This document shows positions 10,025-15,896 of a stretch of DNA of 64,000 bases, in pieces; position 1 is the stretch's first letter; every line of letters starts with the position of its first letter. A program made the position numbers and the translations under genes. The notes under the pieces are model-generated. The model searched no databases, had not been told where the DNA came from, and saw nothing but the letters and a program-made list of their open reading frames with translations. Source of the DNA: Chrysemys picta bellii (Eukaryota); contig NC_088797.1 of the NCBI RefSeq assembly GCF_011386835.1, positions 100,688,001 to 100,752,000 on the forward strand, written 5' to 3'.

Positions 10025-12913
10025 TTAGGTGGTGGGGTCGGAGTGAGACATTGCTGTGTGCAAAACCGCTGATCCAAAGGCAGCATCGTCCCTGGACTGC
10101 TGCACTAGTGCATAGTGTTCTGTAAACGTGTGGACTGACGACCAAACCGCAGCTCTACAAATGTCCTGGATCGGAACTTGTGCCAGGAAAGCCGTCGAGG
10201 ACGCTTGGGCCCTTGTGGAGTGAGCGGTGAGGTGCGGTGCTGAGACACCTGCCAGGTCATAGCAAGTCCGGATGCAAGACGTAATCCAGGAGGATAGGCG
10301 TTGTGAGGAGACCGGTGAGCCTTTCATTCGGTCGGCCACTGCAACGAAGAGTTGCGTCGTCTTTCTAAAGGGCCTTGTGCGGTCAATATAGAAGGCCAGG
10401 GCCCTGCGTACGTCCAGGGAATGCAAACGTTGATCCTGGCGAGAAGCATGTGGTTTAGGGTGAAAGACCGGGAGAAATATATCCTGGTTGATATGAAATG
10501 GGGAAACCACCTTAGGGAGAAAGGCAGGATGTGGGCGGAGCTGCACTTTATCCTTATGGAAAACTGTGTAAGGGGGCTCGGATGTAAGCGCCCTGAGTTC
10601 AGAAACGCGCCTTGCTGAGGTGATGGCTACGAGGAAGGCTGTCTTCCAGGATAGGTACAGAAGTGAACAGGTGGCCAGTGGCTCGAATGGAGGACCTGTG
10701 AGCTTGGAGAGAACCAGGTTGAGGTCCCACGTCGGAACGGGCTGACGTTGTTGTGGGTACATCCGGTCTAAGCCCTTGAGGAATCTAACGACCATCGGGT
10801 TAGAGAATACCGAGGACGCGAGTTCCCCTGGATGGAAGGCCGATATAGCGGCCAGGTGAACTCTAATTGAAGATATCGCCAACCCTTGCTGTTTTAGGGA
10901 GAGGAGATATTCCAAAATAAGAGGAATAGGTGCGTGCAATGGGGACGTGGCTCGTTGTTCGCACCAACAGGAGAACCGCTTCCACTTGGCCAAGTATGTG
11001 GTCCGTGTTGAGGGCTTCCTACTGCTCAGCAGAATCTGTTGGACAGAGTGGGAACACTGTTGCTCTGCCTGGGTGAACCATGGAGCAGCCACGCCGTGAG
11101 GTGGAGTGATTGCAGGTCGGGGTGACGCAGCCGGCCGTGGTTCTGCGTGATGAGATCCGGATACAACGGAAGCGGGATCGGTGTCTGAACCGAGAGTTCC
11201 AACAGCGTGGTGTACCAATGTTGTCTCGGCCACGCTGGAGCGACCAGAATTACCTGTGCCTGGTCTCTGCGCAATTTGAGCAGTACCTTGTGGACCAGAG
11301 GAAACGGAGGGAAGGCATAAAACAGGTGGTCTTTCCAGGGAAGGAGAAACGCATCCGAGAGGGAGCCTGGGGCTCGACCTTGCAGGGAGCAGAACACGTG
11401 GCACTTCCTGTTGTCTCGAGATGCAAACAGGTCTATCTGGGGAAACCCCCACTTCTGGAAGACGGAATGTATGATGTCCGGACGGATAGACCACTCGTGC
11501 GTTTGAAAGGACCTGCTGAGTCGGTCCGCTAAAGTGTTCTGGACTCCAGGGAGGAACGATGCCGTGAGATGGATTGAGTGGGCGATGCAGAAGTCCCACA
11601 GGTGAATGGCCTCTTGGCATAGAATTGACGAACGTGCTCCTCCTTGCTTGTTGATGTAAAACATGGCCGTGGTGTTGTCGGTGAGAACTAACACACAGCG
11701 GCCCCGTAGGAGATTGAGAAATGCCTGGCACGCCAGGCGCACCGCCATCAGTTCCCGAACATTGATGTGTAGGGCTAGCTGAGGTGCAGTCCACAGGCCC
11801 TGGGTATGGTGCTCGTTGAGATGGGCGCCCCAACCCAGAGATGAAGCGTCTGTGACCAGGTGCAGAGAGGGTTGTGGGGCGTGAAACGGCATCCCCTCGC
11901 AAACCACATTGTGATCTAGCCACCATGTGAGGGAGGTCAGGACCGAGTTCGGGATTGTGACCACCATATTCAGGCTGTCCCGATGTGGGCGGTATATTGA
12001 TGACACCCAGGTCTGGAGTGGGCGAAGTCGAAGTCTGGCATGCCTGGTTACGTACGTGCAGGAAGCCATGTGACCCAGGAGGGTAAGGCACGACCTCACC
12101 GTGGTAGTTGGGAAGGCCTTGAGTCCCTGGATGAGGCTCGTGATGGTGCAAAAGCGATTGTCTGGCAGGATGGCTTGTGCGCGTCTGGAGTCTAGAACCG
12201 CACCGATGAATTCTATTCTCTGGGTAGGTTCTAGAGTGGATTTGTCCTTGTTGAGTAGGATACCCAACTTGTTGAATGTGCGCACTATTATGTGGACGTG
12301 ATCGCGAACTTGTTCCTTGGTGCGACCGCGTACCAGCCAGTCGTCTAGGTACGGGAACACCTGTATCCCTTGCCGACGAAGGTACGCTGCCACGACAGCC
12401 ATACATTTCGTGAAGACCCGTGGGGCCGAAGATAGGCCGAAGGGAAGGACTGCAAATTGGTAGTGCACCCTGTTTACCACGAATCGGAGGAAGCGTCTGT
12501 GAGGCGGGTAAATAGCAATGTGAAAGTATGCGTCTTTCATGTCGAGGGCGGCAAACCAGTCTCCAGGATCGAGGGAAGGGATAATGGCCCCCAGAGAGAC
12601 CATGCGGAACTTCAACTTTACTACGAATTTGTTGAGTCCGCGCAAGTCCAAGATGGGTCGCAGACCTCCTTTGGACTTGGGGATGAGGAAGTAACGGGAA
12701 TAGAATCCCCTGCCCCTTAAATCCACCGGAACCTCCTCTATGGCCCCCATGGTGAGGAGCGTAGAGACTTCCTGTATAAGAAGTTGCTCGTGAGAAGGGT
12801 CCCTGAAGAGGGACGGGGAAGGGGGGGAGGAGGGGGGAAATGAAGAAAACTGGATAGCGTATCCCCTCTCCACCGTGCGGAGAACCCAACGGTCCGAAGT
12901 TATAAGGGACCAA
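10025..12913 (-). CDS. DIRS ORF3: tyrosine recombinase, with a long N-terminal extension overlapping RT/RH
   Basis: 962 stop-free codons. The C-terminal ~340 aa contain YR motifs: STRTTYLAKWKRF, TSARRVSELRAL (catalytic R), HSTR (H-x-x-R) and DICRAAVWSSVHTFTEHY (catalytic Y). The true start codon is unknown. Confidence 0.93.
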   Translation of the reverse strand: MVPYNFGPLGSPHGGEGIRYPVFFISPLLPPFPVPLQGPFSRATSYTGSLYAPHHGGHRGGSGGFKGQGILFPLLPHPQVQRRSATHLGLARTQQIRSKVEVPHGLSGGHYPFPRSWRLVCRPRHERRILSHCYLPASQTLPPIRGKQGALPICSPSLRPIFGPTGLHEMYGCRGSVPSSARDTGVPVPRRLAGTRSHQGTSSRSRPHNSAHIQQVGYPTQQGQIHSRTYPENRIHRCGSRLQTRTSHPARQSLLHHHEPHPGTQGLPNYHGEVVPYPPGSHGFLHVRNQACQTSTSPTPDLGVINIPPTSGQPEYGGHNPELGPDLPHMVARSQCGLRGDAVSRPTTLSAPGHRRFISGLGRPSQRAPYPGPVDCTSASPTHQCSGTDGGAPGVPGISQSPTGPLCVSSHRQHHGHVLHQQARRSTFVNSMPRGHSPVGLLHRPLNPSHGIVPPWSPEHFSGPTQQVLSNARVVYPSGHHTFRLPEVGVSPDRPVCISRQQEVPRVLLPARSSPRLPLGCVSPSLERPPVLCLPSVSSGPQGTAQIAQRPGTGNSGRSSVAETTLVHHAVGTLGSDTDPASVVSGSHHAEPRPAASPRPAITPPHGVAAPWFTQAEQQCSHSVQQILLSSRKPSTRTTYLAKWKRFSCWCEQRATSPLHAPIPLILEYLLSLKQQGLAISSIRVHLAAISAFHPGELASSVFSNPMVVRFLKGLDRMYPQQRQPVPTWDLNLVLSKLTGPPFEPLATCSLLYLSWKTAFLVAITSARRVSELRALTSEPPYTVFHKDKVQLRPHPAFLPKVVSPFHINQDIFLPVFHPKPHASRQDQRLHSLDVRRALAFYIDRTRPFRKTTQLFVAVADRMKGSPVSSQRLSSWITSCIRTCYDLAGVSAPHLTAHSTRAQASSTAFLAQVPIQDICRAAVWSSVHTFTEHYALVQQSRDDAAFGSAVLHTAMSHSDPTT

Positions 12914-13389
12914 GCACGGTGGAAGTGGGAGAGGCGATCCCGAAAGGAGGGGGCTGGATCCTGGGGGATGACTGGGGCGCCGTCCTCGACCGCACCTTCA
13001 AAAGTTCTGCCTGGGGCCTGAAGGTGGTCTAGGTGGCCCCTGGTTCTGGCCAGGTTGAGGGCCGGTCCACCTTCTTCTACCACCTCGCCCTCGCCTTCGG
13101 GCCGAGTCCTGTCTCTGACGGGGCGGGGGGGGGTAGAAGCGCTGAGGCTGCGGCCTAAACGGCCTGCGCTGGGGGCCCACAACATGCATCCCCAGGGAGC
13201 GCATGATTGTTCTCGAGTCCTTGAGGCTCTGCAGGCGGGAGTCCGTCTTATCCGAGAACAATCCATGACCCTCAAAAGGCAGATCTTGTAGGGTTTGCTG
13301 CAGCTCCGGAGGCAAACCCGAAACCTGAAGCCAGGAGATCCTGCGCATAGCGATACCCGAAGCCAGGGTCCTCGCCGCTGAGTCTGCAA
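11026..13389 (-). CDS. DIRS ORF2: reverse transcriptase, RNase H and Dam-like methyltransferase (MT) domain
   Basis: RT motifs GFYSRYFLIPK, LRPILDLR, LDMKDAYFHI, LPFGLSSAPRVFTK, YLDDWL; RNase H motifs TDASSLGWG, HINVRELMAV, TDNTTA, NTLADRLSR; MT motifs IDLFAS and YAFPPF. The track start at 13389 is a TTG codon; the first ATG is at 13266. Confidence 0.95.
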   Translation of the reverse strand: MQTQRRGPWLRVSLCAGSPGFRFRVCLRSCSKPYKICLLRVMDCSRIRRTPACRASRTREQSCAPWGCMLWAPSAGRLGRSLSASTPPRPVRDRTRPEGEGEVVEEGGPALNLARTRGHLDHLQAPGRTFEGAVEDGAPVIPQDPAPSFRDRLSHFHRAWSLITSDRWVLRTVERGYAIQFSSFPPSSPPSPSLFRDPSHEQLLIQEVSTLLTMGAIEEVPVDLRGRGFYSRYFLIPKSKGGLRPILDLRGLNKFVVKLKFRMVSLGAIIPSLDPGDWFAALDMKDAYFHIAIYPPHRRFLRFVVNRVHYQFAVLPFGLSSAPRVFTKCMAVVAAYLRRQGIQVFPYLDDWLVRGRTKEQVRDHVHIIVRTFNKLGILLNKDKSTLEPTQRIEFIGAVLDSRRAQAILPDNRFCTITSLIQGLKAFPTTTVRSCLTLLGHMASCTYVTRHARLRLRPLQTWVSSIYRPHRDSLNMVVTIPNSVLTSLTWWLDHNVVCEGMPFHAPQPSLHLVTDASSLGWGAHLNEHHTQGLWTAPQLALHINVRELMAVRLACQAFLNLLRGRCVLVLTDNTTAMFYINKQGGARSSILCQEAIHLWDFCIAHSIHLTASFLPGVQNTLADRLSRSFQTHEWSIRPDIIHSVFQKWGFPQIDLFASRDNRKCHVFCSLQGRAPGSLSDAFLLPWKDHLFYAFPPFPLVHKVLLKLRRDQAQVILVAPAWPRQHWYTTLLELSVQTPIPLPLYPDLITQNHGRLRHPDLQSLHLTAWLLHGSPRQSNSVPTLSNRFC

Positions 13390-15508
13390 TGTCCAAGGAG
13401 GCCTGCAAGGAGGTCCGAGCCACCTTCTTGCCCTCCTCTACCATGGCTCCAAACTCTTCCCTGGACTCTTGGGGAATCAACTCCTTAAACTTCCCCATAG
13501 AGTTCCAGGAGTTGAAATTGTAGCGGCTCAGTAGCGCCTGTTGGTTCGCCGCTCTAAGTTGTAGCCCTCCGGCTGAGTAAACCTTACGGCCAAACAGATC
13601 GAGCCGCTTAGCCTCTTTTGATTTAGGCGCTGCAGCCTGCTGGCCGTGGCGCTCTCGTGCATTCACTGATTCCACCACCAGTGAACACGGTTGGGGGTGG
13701 GTATACAAGTACCCATAGTCCTTAGAGGGGACAAAGTATTTTCTTTCCACCCCTCTCGCTGTGGGTGGAATGGAGGCAGGAGTTTGCCATATCGTATCCG
13801 CATTCGATTGTATCGTGCGGATCAGAGGTAACGCCACCCTCGATGGGGCATCTGCTCCAAGGATGTTCACGATCGGGTCGTGCACCTCCACTATCTCCTC
13901 CGCCTGCAGGTCCATATTACGGGCCATCCTACGCAGGAGATCCTGGTGAGCCCGAAGATCTATCGGAGGGGGACCCGTACATGAAGTGCCCGCCACTGCC
14001 TCGTCCGGAGAGGAGGAAGAGGATGCCTCCGGTGGTACCGGATCCAAGGGGGGGTCCTGATCCCCTTGCTCTTGGGCCGGGGCATCACCTGCACTTGGGT
14101 CCCTGGTGTCGGGTGGCGTGGACACCGAAGCCTCCATGCCTCCTGGCGGAGGCCGAGAGATGGTGGATTCTGGGGCCCTTCTGACCGAGTGACCCGAGCG
14201 AGAGGTCGATGGTATTGGAGCCCCTTGCTCTTGGTGGTACGCCCACGGGGTCCAAAACGACCAGTGAGATGGTCCATGAGAGTGGTCCTCTGCCATCTCT
14301 TGCCAGTGGCCGAAATTTTGTTCCTCGGCGTGCCCTTGAGGGGGGTATGCCGATCTCGACAGGTCCTCCGAGGAACGAGACACCGATCTTGACGGCCATG
14401 GCGGTGCCGAGAGAGATGAAACCATCCCGGTGGGCTGCGGTGCCGCACGGTGCCGGTCCGGAGATGATCTATCTCTGCGCGGTGCCGGCGATCGGTGCCG
14501 GGATCGCGACCGGTGCCGATGACCTCGTCGGTGCCGGGAGTCGGATCTGGACCTCGACGAGGACCTGGAGTATGCCCGGTGCCGGGAGCGACCCCTCGAC
14601 GTCGAGCGTCGACCGTAGCGGTGCCGAGAGCTACGTCTCGACGTTGATCGGTGCCGACGATCATATCGGTGCCGAGACGAAGAGCGGTGCCGCGAAGAAG
14701 ATCTTGGCCGCGAGTACGACCGGTGCCGAGACGGTATTCGGTGCCGGGACTGCGAGCGGCGTGGGGACCTGCTTCGGGACCTGGATCGGTGCCGAGGTTC
14801 CAGCCCTTGTGATGGTGGGCGCATCAAGGCAGGTTTCCCCCTCGACTGGACCGTGCGAGTCAACGGTGCAGTCGGTGCCGGTGGTTGAGGCGGTGCCGGC
14901 TCCGTGAGAGCTATTAAGTCTCTCGCCGCCGCGAAGGTCTCTGGGGTCGACGGGAGGCACTGTATCACCGCCGGCCTGGGGGGAGACGCTATCTGCACCG
15001 GACTCAACGGCCTCGGCGCTGGAGTCGACGGTGCCGGAGGCACCTGTTTTCGTTGCTCCACCGGTGGACGCGGCTCTACCCCCGGCACTGGGGGAGCTGG
15101 CGTCTTCGGCACTGATGTCCCCGTCTTATGGGCTTTTTTATGCCCTGGGGATAAGGACCGGCGCCGAGGCACTTGCTGTGTCTGCGGTGCCGACGAGGTC
15201 CGGTGCCGGGGAGGCTTGTCTGACGCCACTCGCGTGGTCGTCGCAGCCGGGGCACTGCGCACCGAGGTGCTAGGTGCCGGGGCCTTGCTCGTGGAAGGAG
15301 CGTCCGGGCTAAGAGCCGCCTCCATCAGAAGTTGCCTGAGCCGAAAGTCCCGCTCTTTCTTGGTTCTCGGACGGAAGGCCTTACAGATTTTACACTTGTC
15401 TGTCTGGTGTGACTCTCCCAGGCACTTCAGACAGGATTCGTGCGGGTCGCTCGTGGGCATAGGTTTAGCGCAGGAGGCGCACAGCTTGAAGCCGGGAGCG
15501 TTGGGCAT
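12998..15508 (-). CDS. DIRS ORF1: Gag-like protein, 836 aa
   Basis: ATG start; N-terminal Cys/His finger CX2CX9HX2CX2CX4HX4CX2C; Pro-rich and RS/RHR-rich middle; LAP2alpha-like C-terminal region (WQTPASIPPTARGVERKYFVP…HPQPCSLVVES…KRLDLFGRK…LPFEGHGLFS). Confidence 0.92.
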   Translation of the reverse strand: MPNAPGFKLCASCAKPMPTSDPHESCLKCLGESHQTDKCKICKAFRPRTKKERDFRLRQLLMEAALSPDAPSTSKAPAPSTSVRSAPAATTTRVASDKPPRHRTSSAPQTQQVPRRRSLSPGHKKAHKTGTSVPKTPAPPVPGVEPRPPVEQRKQVPPAPSTPAPRPLSPVQIASPPRPAVIQCLPSTPETFAAARDLIALTEPAPPQPPAPTAPLTRTVQSRGKPALMRPPSQGLEPRHRSRSRSRSPRRSQSRHRIPSRHRSYSRPRSSSRHRSSSRHRYDRRHRSTSRRSSRHRYGRRSTSRGRSRHRAYSRSSSRSRSDSRHRRGHRHRSRSRHRSPAPRRDRSSPDRHRAAPQPTGMVSSLSAPPWPSRSVSRSSEDLSRSAYPPQGHAEEQNFGHWQEMAEDHSHGPSHWSFWTPWAYHQEQGAPIPSTSRSGHSVRRAPESTISRPPPGGMEASVSTPPDTRDPSAGDAPAQEQGDQDPPLDPVPPEASSSSSPDEAVAGTSCTGPPPIDLRAHQDLLRRMARNMDLQAEEIVEVHDPIVNILGADAPSRVALPLIRTIQSNADTIWQTPASIPPTARGVERKYFVPSKDYGYLYTHPQPCSLVVESVNARERHGQQAAAPKSKEAKRLDLFGRKVYSAGGLQLRAANQQALLSRYNFNSWNSMGKFKELIPQESREEFGAMVEEGKKVARTSLQASLDIADSAARTLASGIAMRRISWLQVSGLPPELQQTLQDLPFEGHGLFSDKTDSRLQSLKDSRTIMRSLGMHVVGPQRRPFRPQPQRFYPPPPRQRQDSARRRGRGGRRRWTGPQPGQNQGPPRPPSGPRQNF

Positions 15509-15716
15509 GAGCCCGGCCCCGCGGCCGGGGGAGAAAGGGGGGAGACGACCCCCTTAATCCCCTGGACTATTTAGAACAACTTTAAAACTACTTAACTAAT
15601 TTACAACAAACTCTAAGACTATAACTATAACTACAACTATGATACAACAAGATAAGCTAGGGAAGTGGAGAACAGCTAAGCAGCGCTCCACAGTTCCAAC
15701 GACCGTCAGGGGCGGT

Positions 15717-15896
15717 AAGAAGGAACTGAGGGGGCGCCGGGTCGGCTGGGGTATATATTCAGCGCCATGAAGGCGCCACTCTAGGGGGCTCCACAGCCGA
15801 CCCGCCGGTGTTGCTAGGGTAAAAATCTTCCGACGATCGTGCACGCGGCGCGCACACACCTAATGGAATGGATATGAGCAAGCACTCGAAGAAGAA
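15717..15896. repeat. DIRS left inverted terminal repeat (probable promoter region)
   Basis: Reverse complement of 9708-9872 plus the 5' terminal sequence; contains a TATA-like GAATATATAC on the minus strand. Promoter function is inference. Confidence 0.9.

Larger units (their letters stand above)
9661..15896 (-). mobile_element. Full-length, apparently intact DIRS1-like (tyrosine recombinase) retrotransposon, 6236 bp
   Basis: Three uninterrupted ORFs (gag, RT/RH/MT, YR); inverted terminal repeats 9708-9872 and 15717-15881 are identical by eye; ICR at 9910-10009 is complementary to both termini; AGAA (TTCT on minus) at both ends; CpG-rich compared with its flanks. Confidence 0.97.

Noticed and set aside
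9730-10145. ORFs MCARRVHDRR… (131 aa at 9730 and 87 aa at 15596) sharing an N-terminus
   Set aside because: They are translations of the two ITR copies, not a duplicated gene.
13761-15557. Plus-strand ORFs up to 232 aa antisense to DIRS gag, and a 234-aa alternative minus frame
   Set aside because: Expected shadow ORFs of a GC-rich repetitive coding region; no motifs or independent support. Antisense transcription from the right ITR cannot be excluded.
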